This document shows, piece by piece, positions 1 to 9,950 of a stretch of 64,000 bases of DNA. The stretch spans positions 3,397 through 67,396 of the forward strand of contig LKMO01000002.1 of assembly GCA_001563905.1 (NCBI GenBank), in the 5' to 3' direction. The translations under genes and the position numbers were made by a program. A model generated the notes under the pieces. It saw only the letters and a program-made list of their open reading frames with translations, was not told the origin of the DNA and ran no database searches. Each line of letters starts with the position of its first letter. The first letter of the stretch is position 1. This DNA comes from Nanohaloarchaea archaeon B1-Br10_U2g19. Its GTDB lineage: Archaea; Nanohalarchaeota; Nanosalinia; Nanosalinales; Nanosalinaceae.

Positions 1-117
1 GCCAGGCCAGAGAAGAGTCTGTATACTGTCGTTTCTATCTGGTATTAGGTCTTCTTCCTCTAGCCATTCTCCTAGGCTCTTTAGGTTGTTCGTTCTTCTT
101 GAACTCTCGAAAGGCAT
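1..117 (-). CDS. N-terminal fragment of a hypothetical protein running off the window edge
   Basis: ATG at 117 opens MPFESSRRTNNLKSLGEWLEEEDLIPDRNDSIQTLLWPG with no stop before position 1; translated by hand. Confidence 0.5.
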   Translation of the reverse strand, partial: MPFESSRRTNNLKSLGEWLEEEDLIPDRNDSIQTLLWPG

Positions 118-291
118 GTATTAACTTTAAAGTACTCTCATAATCTATTAAAAACATTAGTATGTTCGTTTCTTACACACATATTGGTGTTCGTATATGC
201 TGAACACTCTTGAGATGTTTGTGAGCATTAAACCCGTATATCCTACTTGTGACTACCGATAAAAACATAGAGTTCCCAGTAAACACTTGTT

Positions 292-906
292 ATGGAAGAT
301 CTTGTTGAGTCCGCACGCACCTACGCAGAACAAGCACACAAAGAACAGACCAGAAAAGGAAAGTCTATACCATACTTCGACCACGTCTCCCAGGTAGGGA
401 GAACATTATCCAACTACGGCTTCAACGATGAGATAGTTGCGGCCGGCTACCTACACGATGTAACAGAAGATGTAGAAAATATCACGCTTGAGAGTATAGA
501 AAACGAGTTCGGACCAACTGTAAGAAGACTGGTGGACGGTGCAAGCGAAGACGATAAATCCTTGAGCTGGAAAGAGAGAAAAGAGAGTACTCTTGAACAT
601 TTAGAAGATGCGCCTATGGATGAAGTCGTAGTCAAAGTGAGTGATAAGATTGACAACGTCAGGTCAATGAAACAAGAAGAACTAAACCAAGGAGAAAGAT
701 TCTGGGACAAGTTCAATGCTTCTTACCAGAAACAGGTCTGGTACCACACCAGTTTAACCGAGATAGTGGGAGAAAAGATCGAGCAGGACGAGTATGAACT
801 AGAAGGCTCGGTTGAAGGCGTATATGGGGAGCTGAAACAAGAGGTCAACCAGGTATTCGATACAAACTATGATGTAACGGTTCTGACAGAAACAGAACAA
901 GTCTAG
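292..906 (+). CDS. HD-domain hydrolase, Mesh1/small alarmone hydrolase-like
   Basis: AH-x-Q-x-RK...PYxxH, LHDVTED and VKVSDKIDN motifs typical of RelA/SpoT-type HD hydrolases. Confidence 0.8.
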   Translation: MEDLVESARTYAEQAHKEQTRKGKSIPYFDHVSQVGRTLSNYGFNDEIVAAGYLHDVTEDVENITLESIENEFGPTVRRLVDGASEDDKSLSWKERKESTLEHLEDAPMDEVVVKVSDKIDNVRSMKQEELNQGERFWDKFNASYQKQVWYHTSLTEIVGEKIEQDEYELEGSVEGVYGELKQEVNQVFDTNYDVTVLTETEQV

Positions 907-1829
907 TAACTGAAAGACTCATCGACAAAGTAGAGATCTTTGAAACCAAAGGAAGAACACCGTAAATCGTTGTTTTCATTTACATCTCCTTTTGTAACAC
1001 AGTCTTCATCTGTCTTAAACTCTAAAATATTCTCTCCTGGCTCAAGAGTTACGTTGAAATGATACTTATTTGTTCTATGGAACATCTTACCTTCGAAATC
1101 ATCTTGGTCTACAGGATAACTCTCAGGATGCACTGTTTCATCCTCTTGCCTAAACTCTAAACGGTAGTTTCTAGCAGGAACCACCTGTTCTCCCAGCTTT
1201 TCATCGTTGAAAACATAAGTAATATTCCGAGTTTCCGGGAAAGAAGCAAGATAAACTCTCATAGTTTCATTCCGGGTATCTTCCTTATAGTTGTAGATGT
1301 GGACACTAGAGTTGTCTTTACCCCATACTCTATCCTCGTCTCCGGTTTCTGTATACCATCTGTTTCTAGTATAAAGAATATTTTCGGACTGATCTTCGAA
1401 TGGAGTGATTCTAAAACCTTTTACATCAATATCCCCACAGTTTGAATCGCAGTCAGACTCTAAAGTGATAGTTGATTCTTCTTCAATCTCTCTAAAAGGT
1501 AGAGAAAATCTTTGACGGAATCGACTTACTTCGTGATCTAAAACAGTTTCGCCGTCAACAGAGAGGTTCAAACTGTTTCCGGAGGTCTCTGCCTCTACCT
1601 CAAAACGAACTGCATAAGTACCTTTCTCCTCTATTTCAAACTCTTCGGTATCTGTTAAGACAAAATCCGTGCTTTGAGGATAAACTATATCTGAAAAATC
1701 AGAGCCATGCAAAGTAGAGATTGCGGAGTGCCCAGGAGCATCTTCTGTATCCACTACTCCTATCAAAACTACACCTGCTAATAAGAGTAGTAGAATATCG
1801 TTGTAGGTTGAAGAATCATTTTCTGACAT
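903..1829 (-). CDS. Membrane-anchored extracellular beta-rich hypothetical protein
   Basis: N-terminal hydrophobic segment, two repeated beta-sandwich-like units with Cys pairs, acidic composition. Confidence 0.7.
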   Translation of the reverse strand: MSENDSSTYNDILLLLLAGVVLIGVVDTEDAPGHSAISTLHGSDFSDIVYPQSTDFVLTDTEEFEIEEKGTYAVRFEVEAETSGNSLNLSVDGETVLDHEVSRFRQRFSLPFREIEEESTITLESDCDSNCGDIDVKGFRITPFEDQSENILYTRNRWYTETGDEDRVWGKDNSSVHIYNYKEDTRNETMRVYLASFPETRNITYVFNDEKLGEQVVPARNYRLEFRQEDETVHPESYPVDQDDFEGKMFHRTNKYHFNVTLEPGENILEFKTDEDCVTKGDVNENNDLRCSSFGFKDLYFVDESFSY

Positions 1830-2009
1830 GTATTTTATCTCAGCTCTCTAATAAAAGAAAAACAGTTTTTGTTTAAATGTTTAATACAAGTTAGAAAGTT
1901 CCTGTTGGTCCAAAATTAAGCGGCAAAATTAGTCAATATTAAGAGCATCTAGTATAACGCTGTAACCTAGAATAGAGAAGATAGAAGATCTGATATAGAT
2001 GATTACTAT

Positions 2010-3020
2010 CTAAACAATTTCCTCTTTAATTATTAGGTAAAGAGGTAGTATAGGATTAGAAAGTCCTGGTACAAATGTTAACACTGCAAAAACTGCAGAG
2101 CGCTTCTTAGATCGTCCGGTAACAAGGCTATATTGATATGCTAAGAACGGCAATAAAAACATTGAGTAGGCTACTAAGTGCACGTAACTCATGAAAATTA
2201 TTTCAGGCAGATTTAGTAAAAACTCTGTAAACAAGTGAATGTAGAACAAGCCCATTATAAGGGTGTTAATAATCAAAAGATTCTTCCAAAAAGATAGGGA
2301 GCTTTGTTTTTTGTCTTTTGGAGTTATTAGATTGTTTAGAATTTGTTGAGATTTGTAAATTGCGTAAGGAGGGAAAACAAAGAAGAAAGGGCTAATTTCT
2401 GAGAATTCGTATTCATACCCCTCGGACTCACAAATAACCTCTAACTGTTTTCGAAAAGATAATACTTCTCCGAAAGGAGCTAATAATCCTAAAGTAGCGG
2501 CTAAAATAGGGTGCGAGTGATCTTTTTTATCAAGACCTAGATAACGGTTGTTCGTATAAAACCAGTAAATGGCGTATAGACCTAACGTGAATAATGATAA
2601 GATAAAAGCGCCTGAAGGACTTCTGTGTAAAGAATTTATGTTTATTTCAGTATTATTCTTTGGCTCAGGACCTATTGAGAGGTCTTTAACACGCGTTGCC
2701 CACAGATATAATGCGATTAAAAGATATATTAGCCATATGATTACGTCTAAGATGCCTTCTTGTAAGAAGGTCCCTTGTTCAACCTGGATTAGGTTTAACG
2801 GAGCTATCAACAGTATTGCGGAGATATAGCCGTATGTTCTATGCATGATGACTCCATAAAAAGCAAAAAATGATAATATGACGATAGAAACTCTTAAAAT
2901 GAATGAAGCACCTATATTAGTCTCTCCAACTGTTATTAACAGATTAAATAATCTAAAGGCTCCTATAGCAAGAATAAAAACTGCAAAGAGAAGCAAAGGT
3001 ATGTCTCTTTTAGAATCCAT
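2010..3020 (-). CDS. Polytopic membrane protein with DUF4234-like segment
   Basis: Many hydrophobic helices; ILSLFTLGLYAIYWFY motif; AT-rich DNA. Confidence 0.65.
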   Translation of the reverse strand: MDSKRDIPLLLFAVFILAIGAFRLFNLLITVGETNIGASFILRVSIVILSFFAFYGVIMHRTYGYISAILLIAPLNLIQVEQGTFLQEGILDVIIWLIYLLIALYLWATRVKDLSIGPEPKNNTEININSLHRSPSGAFILSLFTLGLYAIYWFYTNNRYLGLDKKDHSHPILAATLGLLAPFGEVLSFRKQLEVICESEGYEYEFSEISPFFFVFPPYAIYKSQQILNNLITPKDKKQSSLSFWKNLLIINTLIMGLFYIHLFTEFLLNLPEIIFMSYVHLVAYSMFLLPFLAYQYSLVTGRSKKRSAVFAVLTFVPGLSNPILPLYLIIKEEIV

Positions 3021-3090
3021 AATTAGTGGTTGTTTAGAGAAAATAAAAAAGGATTTCTATAATCTTCAAAGAAAAAGGAATAAGCCTAAC

Positions 3091-3474
3091 CTAGTTTTCA
3101 GCAGCTCTGCCTAGAATTTCTACCTCATATCCCTCAGGATCCTTGACGAATCCGTAGTTTCCGGGGCAGTCTTTTGGAGGTCTGTAATCTTCTCCTCCTG
3201 CTTTAACTGCTTTTTCATATGCTTTTTCTAGACTTTGATCTTCTCCAGTGTGGATAGCTATATGACCGAATCCCTCTCCTTTTTCATATATATCGTCTTC
3301 TCCATGGTTATAGGTTAGCTCTATCTCCGCTGTCTGTCCGGGATGTCTTAAGAAGTAGAGTGTGAAAGTTTCCATTTCTTTCTTTTCTCTGAGCTCGAAA
3401 CCGAATGCTTTCTTGTAAAACTCTATGCATTTTTCTGGCTTAGATACTCTAAGCATGGTATGTGCTAATTTCAT
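3091..3474 (-). CDS. gloA: Lactoylglutathione lyase (glyoxalase I, VOC family)
   Basis: HTMLRV, IELTYN, GFGHIAI and FVKDPEGYEVE motifs. Confidence 0.85.
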   Translation of the reverse strand: MKLAHTMLRVSKPEKCIEFYKKAFGFELREKKEMETFTLYFLRHPGQTAEIELTYNHGEDDIYEKGEGFGHIAIHTGEDQSLEKAYEKAVKAGGEDYRPPKDCPGNYGFVKDPEGYEVEILGRAAEN

Positions 3475-3560
3475 GTATGATCTTTGTTTGTTTTAGAACT
3501 TGAAAAAGGAATTTGTGTTTATGAAGAACTATTTTTATTCAGGTAAAATAAATTAGATGT

Positions 3561-3917
3561 ATGACTGAGGAAAACCTTGAAGCATGGGTAAGAAGAAAAC
3601 TTGAGGAAGGTAAAAGTGAAGAGGCTTTATACAAGGTTTTAGATAAGAGAGGTCATGATCCTGGCTTGGTTGATCAAGTAAGCCAAGAGCTAAACAAAGT
3701 TCAAGAAGAACAGGATTTTGCTGATGAGAATCCTGTTAAAGAAAGTTTTGAAAGAGGTGGTGACGATTTCCAAAATGAGGAAGTCGATAGTTCATTTAGT
3801 CCTAGAAGGTTTCTGGAACTAGGGAGAAGTGTTGAGAATAAAGAATTTGTTCAGTATTCAATTATTTTTGTTTTATCTGTTGTTATGGGAGCTCTTGCGG
3901 CAGCAGTTTTATTTTAG
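3561..3917 (+). CDS. Hypothetical protein with C-terminal transmembrane helix
   Basis: 118-aa ORF, acidic N-terminus, hydrophobic C-terminus. Confidence 0.65.
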   Translation: MTEENLEAWVRRKLEEGKSEEALYKVLDKRGHDPGLVDQVSQELNKVQEEQDFADENPVKESFERGGDDFQNEEVDSSFSPRRFLELGRSVENKEFVQYSIIFVLSVVMGALAAAVLF

Positions 3918-4224
3918 GAAGAAATAGGTCGGAGGTTTTTATCTGAAAAAGAGTTGCGTATCTCTACTAAGATATTATATTACTTATTTTATCTAAAGAT
4001 GTTTTAGAAAGTATGAAAATTTTTAAGTAATTTTTAGAATATTTTATAGGCTTTTTTGAGTTATTTGGTGGCTTCTTATGTGGTCTGTACTAGATAATTA
4101 TTTTTCAATAAGTTCTTCGCTCTTGGAACGTGAGAGGTGTAAAATTTTGGATCCAAACATATCTATGAAGTTTGAGGTAGAACTTAAAGCGCTGAACTAT
4201 ATATCTGAGGAAATTTCGGGAAAC

Positions 4225-4608
4225 CTATAAAGGGTTGAAATTGACTTTTTCTACTTTTTTACAGCTCTGGAGATCCTTCCAAAACATCTTTATTTTCTCG
4301 GAATTTCCTTCAAGCAGATACATCTGTAAACATTTATGATCTCTAAGATGGTCGTGTATTTGAGTCTTAACAACATTTTGATAATCGTGTTGGATGTCTG
4401 AAATAACGTTCAATGACTCATCCGTATGTGTGATAGTCAAAATACAGTTTACCTCGCCTTCAAGCTTCTCTAAATCGCTTTTTTCTCCTATAAAAGTTCT
4501 GATAGCTGAACGTACAATTTCGCTTCTACCAGAATATCCAAGATCTTCTTTCAACTTGTCAAGCTCGTTAAGAAGTTTCTCTTCTATGGAGAGACTTATA
4601 ACAGTCAT
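4225..4608 (-). CDS. NikR-family ribbon-helix-helix transcriptional regulator
   Basis: N-terminal ISLSI...GYSGRSEIVRSAIR RHH plus C-terminal ACT-like domain with H-x-H...C. Confidence 0.8.
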   Translation of the reverse strand: MTVISLSIEEKLLNELDKLKEDLGYSGRSEIVRSAIRTFIGEKSDLEKLEGEVNCILTITHTDESLNVISDIQHDYQNVVKTQIHDHLRDHKCLQMYLLEGNSEKIKMFWKDLQSCKKVEKVNFNPL

Positions 4609-4649
4609 ACTAAGAGACGTGTTTACTATTTTTTAATAACCTTTCTTAC

Positions 4650-5711
4650 TCATTTTATTAGATCCTTAACTGTTTCAAAGAAGCTTTTGTCTGTTTCAGG
4701 GACTCCTCTGAACTCTTCCATAAACTCTTTCTGTTCTTCTGTCAGGTCTTCAGGTATTTCAACATCAATCTTCACGTATATATCTCCTTGACCTCTTCTG
4801 CTTGGCATTCCCTGTCCGTCTAACCGTAATACTTGTCCGGGCTGTGTGCCTTCAGGTATATCTACGTTCAGCTCTGAACCAGGTCTAGGAACAGATATTG
4901 TTGTGCCTAGTGCGGCATCGCCTACACCTATGGTTGCGGTGGTGAAAAGATCAGAGTCTTTACGTTCAAGCTCTTCATGGTCTTCTACGGTTACGTAGAC
5001 GTAGAGATCTCCAGATCTTCCTGTCTCTGAACGGTTGCCTTTATCTTTTAGACGGACCCTTTGACCGTCTCTTACACCTTCCGGTATCTCAACAGTTATC
5101 TTTTCTTCGGCTTCAACTACGCCTTTCCCGCTACAGCTACTACACTTGTTTTCAGGTACAGATCCTTTACCGTTACAGTTACTACATCTTTCTACTGTTT
5201 CTGCACGACCTAAAGGAGTTCTCTGAACAGTTCTTACCTTACCTCTTCCGCCGCATTCAGAACATTTAGAGGTTTTGCCGTCTTCACCGCCTGTACCGTT
5301 ACAGTCTTCACAGCTGGTCTTACGTGAAACTTCAAAAGTTTTCTCTACACCTTTGTAAGCTTCTTCTAGACTTATTGTGGTTTGTATCTTCAGGTCTAGA
5401 GACTCTCTCTGTCTTCTGCCTCCGCCGAAAAGATGTTCGAACAGATCTTGGAAGCTTGACGCGGCGCGTCTTTGACCTCTTCCTGCATGACCTTCAACAC
5501 CTTGTTCTCCGAACTGGTCGTACTTTCTACGTTTATCTTCATCGCTGAGAACATCATAGGCTTTATTGATTTTCTTGAACTTATCTTCGTCAGCTGTTTC
5601 AGAGTTAGAGTCTGGATGATACTTTTTAGCTTTTTTTCTGTATGCTTTCTTTATTTCTTTCTGACTTGAGTCTTCTGATACGCCGAGAAGTTCGTAGTAC
5701 TTTTTTGCCAT
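4650..5711 (-). CDS. dnaJ: Chaperone DnaJ
   Basis: J domain with HPD, four CxxCxGxG repeats, C-terminal domain; downstream of dnaK. Confidence 0.95.
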   Translation of the reverse strand: MAKKYYELLGVSEDSSQKEIKKAYRKKAKKYHPDSNSETADEDKFKKINKAYDVLSDEDKRRKYDQFGEQGVEGHAGRGQRRAASSFQDLFEHLFGGGRRQRESLDLKIQTTISLEEAYKGVEKTFEVSRKTSCEDCNGTGGEDGKTSKCSECGGRGKVRTVQRTPLGRAETVERCSNCNGKGSVPENKCSSCSGKGVVEAEEKITVEIPEGVRDGQRVRLKDKGNRSETGRSGDLYVYVTVEDHEELERKDSDLFTTATIGVGDAALGTTISVPRPGSELNVDIPEGTQPGQVLRLDGQGMPSRRGQGDIYVKIDVEIPEDLTEEQKEFMEEFRGVPETDKSFFETVKDLIK

Positions 5712-5765
5712 TACTCTAACTCACTTTTTGGGTTGGGGAAAAATAAAGAGGAGAGATTTTAGGCT

Positions 5766-7673
5766 TCACGCCTTCTCCTCATCGTCGTCCACTTCTTCAA
5801 AGTCTGCGTCGACAACGTTGTCTTCAGAGCTTCCGCCCATGTTCATGTTTTCTGCTGCTTGTTTAAGGTCTTCTTCACTCATGTTGGACGGGTCGAAACC
5901 CCCCATTCCTCCTGGGCCTTGCTGGTCGCCGTAGATTTCTTTTCCTATCTCCTGAAGCTTTTCTTGGAGTTCTTCAATACTGTTTTCAATCTTCTCTTTA
6001 GCTTCCTCAAGATCATTGAGTTCTTCAGCTTCGTCTTTGGCGTTTCTCAGGTTTTCTACAGCTTCTTCAATACTCTCTACTACAGAGTCTTCTACTTTGT
6101 CGCCGTGTTCTTCTAACTGGGTTTCTGCTTGGCTTGCTGCTTGATCTGCCTTGTTTTTAGCTTCGATGAACTCTCTTCTTTTCCTGTCTTCTTCTTGGTG
6201 TTTTTCTGCTTCTTCTTTCATCTCTTCGATTTCATCGTCATCCAGCCGTGCTTGATCGTCGATAGTGATGCTTGCTTCTTCACCGCTCTGTTTTTCTTCT
6301 GCTGAAACCTGTAGAATTCCGTCGGCATCAATTTCAAATGTTACTTCAATCTGAGGATGTCCTGCTGGTGCAGGAGGGATGCCTTCAAGGTTAAACTGGC
6401 CTAGAGACTTGTTGTCTTTAGCCATTTCTCTTTCTCCCTGCACTACGTGTACAGTAACCATCGATTGGTTGTCTTGAGCTGTTGTAAATGTTTTAGATTC
6501 TTCTGCAGGCACAGTAGTGTTTTTCTCTATCAGTGTTTCTTTCAGCCCTCCTTTGACCTCAACTCCTAGACTTAGAGGAGCTACATCAAGTAGTAGAATG
6601 TCGTCTACCTCTCCTGAAATACTTCCTCCTTGTATTGCTGCACCTACTGCTACGGCTTCATCAGGGCTTACTTCTTGGTTTGGCTCCTGTCCTGTAATTG
6701 CTTGGACATGTTCTCTTACTGCAGGTACTCTTGTAGTTCCTCCTACAAGGATAACCTCGTCTATCTCAGAGCTTTCAACTCCTGCATCTTCCATAGCGGT
6801 TTTTGTTGGTTGTGTAGTTCTCTGGATTAAGTCTTCGACTAGGTCTTCGAACTTTGATCTTGTTAGTTCGTAGTCAAGATTGTATGTTTCTCCATCTTCC
6901 TGATGGATGAACGGAATATTTATCTTAGTGTTTTTACGTGAGGACAGCTCTTTTTTAGCTTCTTCTGCATTCTCCCGGATTCTCTGCATTGCTTCGTCGT
7001 TTTCTGAGAGGTCGATACTGTTTTCTTCTTTGAACTTTTCTACGACCCAGTTGACTATCTCTTGGTCGAAGTCGTCTCCTCCTAGGTTGTTGTCGCCTTC
7101 GGTGCTCTGGACTTCGTAGATTCCGTCACCCATTTCGAGGACAGTTACGTCGAATGTTCCTCCACCGAAGTCGTATACTAGAACTGTTTGGTCATCGTCT
7201 TCATCTAAACCGTATGCAAGGCTTGCTGCGGTCGGTTCGTTTAGTATTCTTTCTACTTCTAGTCCTGCGATTTCTCCTGCGTCTTTTGTTGCTTGTCTTT
7301 GTGTGTCATCGAAATGTGCTGGAACTGTGATGACGGCTTTGTTTATTTCTTCTCCAAGTTTTTCTTCTGCGTCGTTTTTCAGTTTTTGTAGGATCATGGA
7401 AGATATTTCTTGTGGTGTATAGTCTTCTCCTTCAAGTTCTACATTGTAGTCTTCTCCCATGCGTCTTTTGATGCTTCTTACGGTGTTTTCTTCGTTTGTA
7501 AGCATTTGGTTCTTTGCTGGTTTACCTATTATTCTTTCTCCGTCATTAAAAGCTACTATGGACGGTGTTATTCTGTCTCCTTCTTGGTTTTCAATTATCT
7601 GTGGTTCTCCATCTTTTATTGTTGCTATTGCGCTTCTTGTTGTACCTAGGTCGATACCTATTATTTTTTCCAT
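5766..7673 (-). CDS. dnaK: Chaperone DnaK (Hsp70)
   Basis: [23 protein letters not shown] motifs; GGTGA SD-like element upstream. Confidence 0.97.
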   Translation of the reverse strand: MEKIIGIDLGTTRSAIATIKDGEPQIIENQEGDRITPSIVAFNDGERIIGKPAKNQMLTNEENTVRSIKRRMGEDYNVELEGEDYTPQEISSMILQKLKNDAEEKLGEEINKAVITVPAHFDDTQRQATKDAGEIAGLEVERILNEPTAASLAYGLDEDDDQTVLVYDFGGGTFDVTVLEMGDGIYEVQSTEGDNNLGGDDFDQEIVNWVVEKFKEENSIDLSENDEAMQRIRENAEEAKKELSSRKNTKINIPFIHQEDGETYNLDYELTRSKFEDLVEDLIQRTTQPTKTAMEDAGVESSEIDEVILVGGTTRVPAVREHVQAITGQEPNQEVSPDEAVAVGAAIQGGSISGEVDDILLLDVAPLSLGVEVKGGLKETLIEKNTTVPAEESKTFTTAQDNQSMVTVHVVQGEREMAKDNKSLGQFNLEGIPPAPAGHPQIEVTFEIDADGILQVSAEEKQSGEEASITIDDQARLDDDEIEEMKEEAEKHQEEDRKRREFIEAKNKADQAASQAETQLEEHGDKVEDSVVESIEEAVENLRNAKDEAEELNDLEEAKEKIENSIEELQEKLQEIGKEIYGDQQGPGGMGGFDPSNMSEEDLKQAAENMNMGGSSEDNVVDADFEEVDDDEEKA

Positions 7674-7696
7674 AGTTTCCGGTTCACCTATTTTTA

Positions 7697-8590
7697 TTGA
7701 AGTGTATAAAAATTTTTAAAATCTCTTTATTTCTTTCTAGAATTTTCGGATATGGAGGAGTTCTTATAACATTTGTTTATTTATTATCTTACAGTGGTAA
7801 AACTTTGAAGGGTCGTGGTTACAGTGTTGAAGACTTAGTATACAGAACGCCGTTATCTGAACCAGAACCTTGTGAAGATATGCCTGAGTATGTTCAAAAG
7901 TCGTTAGAACAGAGAGGAGTAAACTATAACAATATGGAGGTAGGCAAAACCTCTGACAATAACTGGGTACTAATAAAGCCAGGTAAAGCCAACTTTGGAA
8001 GAGCAGCCCCGGCACATCTCGCCTACAATATTGTAGACAGCTATCTAGACTTCAACTCTCCGGAGATAAGTTACGACAGTGAAGAGGATATCATACTTCT
8101 GGAACATCTAGGAGACATGAAGACGCCTCAAAGATCCGAATATATACCTAAAGACTCTCTCATAAATGCACTTGCTTCTAAAGCCATTATGGGTGATCCA
8201 GATATTTCAGGAAACTTCGGAATTAAAGAAAGAAAATGTTGTATCTACGACTTTGACCAAGCAGGCAACACAATTAGATCTGTAGAAGAAAGCCTCAAAG
8301 ACTGTCTAAAGCTAATAAACAGAAGCACTTCAACGGATATCAGACTAAAAGATATTGAAAAAGAAGCAGCCTCTATGGCGGAAAGACCGGACCTAGAAAA
8401 ACTTGAAGAAGAGCTTGAACCTCTAAAAGACTTTTATCCGGACGTAGACGATGCAGTAAAGTTCCGTCCTAGCTATATCACATATAATATAGAAGTTGCA
8501 AGAGAAGAAGAAATCTTTTACTATGAAGAAGCTGAACCTAAACCCGAAACAAGAACGGTTAGTTCGGGAGGCAGCCAGATTTTCTTTTAA
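7697..8590 (+). CDS. Hypothetical protein with remote HipA/PI3-4-kinase-like motifs; true start probably downstream
   Basis: [14 protein letters not shown] and IYDFDQAG resemble kinase Lys, catalytic loop and DFG-like motifs; the N-terminal ~45 aa overlap the dnaK promoter and look non-coding. Confidence 0.5.
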   Translation: MKCIKIFKISLFLSRIFGYGGVLITFVYLLSYSGKTLKGRGYSVEDLVYRTPLSEPEPCEDMPEYVQKSLEQRGVNYNNMEVGKTSDNNWVLIKPGKANFGRAAPAHLAYNIVDSYLDFNSPEISYDSEEDIILLEHLGDMKTPQRSEYIPKDSLINALASKAIMGDPDISGNFGIKERKCCIYDFDQAGNTIRSVEESLKDCLKLINRSTSTDIRLKDIEKEAASMAERPDLEKLEEELEPLKDFYPDVDDAVKFRPSYITYNIEVAREEEIFYYEEAEPKPETRTVSSGGSQIFF

Positions 8591-8618
8591 CAGCTCTCTA
8601 CAACGGGAAAAAAGATAA

Positions 8619-9311
8619 CTAAGGCATCCAGTTTTTGATATCGTCGACTATCTTGTATTCTGTCCGACAAATCCGCGACTTCTGGCTCTCAGTATCTAAT
8701 AACGCATAACTTGGTTTCAGTGTAACCACTGAAGGCTTCAAACCGATTTGGGATGGTCTAGGTACCCCTACAGCTCCGTGATTCAAGTAATGCTTATCCT
8801 CTTTGTAAAGATCGGTAGGAATATGGGTATGACCGTAGATAACACCTTTGTAATCTTCTAGAAGGTGGTTGATGTTTTCTTCGTAGGATAGAAACTTTCT
8901 GAATACTCGGTTCACATTGTTCTCGGAAGGGATTATGGCTTTAGAGTTCTCAGGATGGCTGTGAGTTACTAAGTAGCCGTTCACTTCTTCGTTTTTAGGG
9001 AGGCCTCTCAGCCATTCAACGTCATCTTCCTCAAGTTTTGGCTGCAGATAATCTGAAATATGAGAGAGCTTTTTCTCTTTATCCTCGAACGCTCGTTTAT
9101 CATGGTTTCCTACCACGGCAATATCTGCGTGTTCTCTAAGCCATTTAACACATTTACCGGGTTGAAGACCGCCACCGATAGCATCTCCCACAAAAACCAG
9201 GTTGTCTACATCAGGCAAATCTCTCTCAACAGCTTTCAAAGCTTTGTAATTGGCATGTATATCAGAGATTATGGCTGTATTTGGCTGAAAATCAGGTTTT
9301 TTATCGGTCAT
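8619..9311 (-). CDS. Calcineurin-like metallophosphoesterase
   Basis: DIHAN, GD, GNHD, H and GHTH motifs. Confidence 0.85.
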   Translation of the reverse strand: MTDKKPDFQPNTAIISDIHANYKALKAVERDLPDVDNLVFVGDAIGGGLQPGKCVKWLREHADIAVVGNHDKRAFEDKEKKLSHISDYLQPKLEEDDVEWLRGLPKNEEVNGYLVTHSHPENSKAIIPSENNVNRVFRKFLSYEENINHLLEDYKGVIYGHTHIPTDLYKEDKHYLNHGAVGVPRPSQIGLKPSVVTLKPSYALLDTESQKSRICRTEYKIVDDIKNWMP

Positions 9312-9368
9312 ATTCTCTCGTTTTAACCTAAAATGTTAAGTTTTTGGCGTCTAAAAGCTGAAAACTGG

Positions 9369-9863
9369 TTATTCTTCTTTTTCAGATACTATTACGTCTG
9401 CAGGTCGTATAACTCTTTCACCGTGTTTGTAACCAGGTTTCTTTTGTTCTAGAACTATATTATCTTCTTCGTGTTGTTCGGTGTCAACTGCGTTATGTAT
9501 GTTGGGATCGAACTCTTCTCCCTCTGCATTAATTCTTTCGAGGCCTTTTCTCTCCAGAGTTTCAAACAGCTGGTCTCCAACCATTTTTACTCCTTGGTAA
9601 ACGTTAGAGTCTTTGTCTGCGGCAGCTAAGGCTCTTTCAAAGTTATCTATAACGGATATAAGATCTTTTGAAAGCTCTCTTTCTGCTTCCTTCTGCCATT
9701 TATCTTTTCTCTCATCTTGTTTCTTCTTGTAGTTTTCAAACTCGGCTTTGACCTTTTTCGCAAGTTTCTCCATCTCTTCGGCTTCTTTTTGTTTCTGTTC
9801 TAGTTCTTCTTCAAGTTCTAAAAGCGCCTTTTCTAACTGTTCGCGGGAGAGATCTTGGTACAT
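9369..9863 (-). CDS. grpE: Nucleotide exchange factor GrpE
   Basis: AEFENYKK, FDPNIHNAV and GY...VIRPADV motifs. Confidence 0.93.
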   Translation of the reverse strand: MYQDLSREQLEKALLELEEELEQKQKEAEEMEKLAKKVKAEFENYKKKQDERKDKWQKEAERELSKDLISVIDNFERALAAADKDSNVYQGVKMVGDQLFETLERKGLERINAEGEEFDPNIHNAVDTEQHEEDNIVLEQKKPGYKHGERVIRPADVIVSEKEE

Positions 9864-9950
9864 CTACTTTTACTGATATTATCAAATTTTTAATATCTGC
9901 AGCTCTCCAAAACAAAAAGTTACTTATAGTTATGACTCGAAAGTAGCAGT

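Noticed and set aside
3918..4224. AT-rich ~300-nt gap as a replication origin or ncRNA
   Set aside because: No ORB-like repeats, no adjacent cdc6/orc gene and no convincing stems
5859..7719. Long antisense ORFs opposite dnaK (also opposite cdc48 and topA)
   Set aside because: Shadow frames produced by codon bias of highly expressed acidic genes
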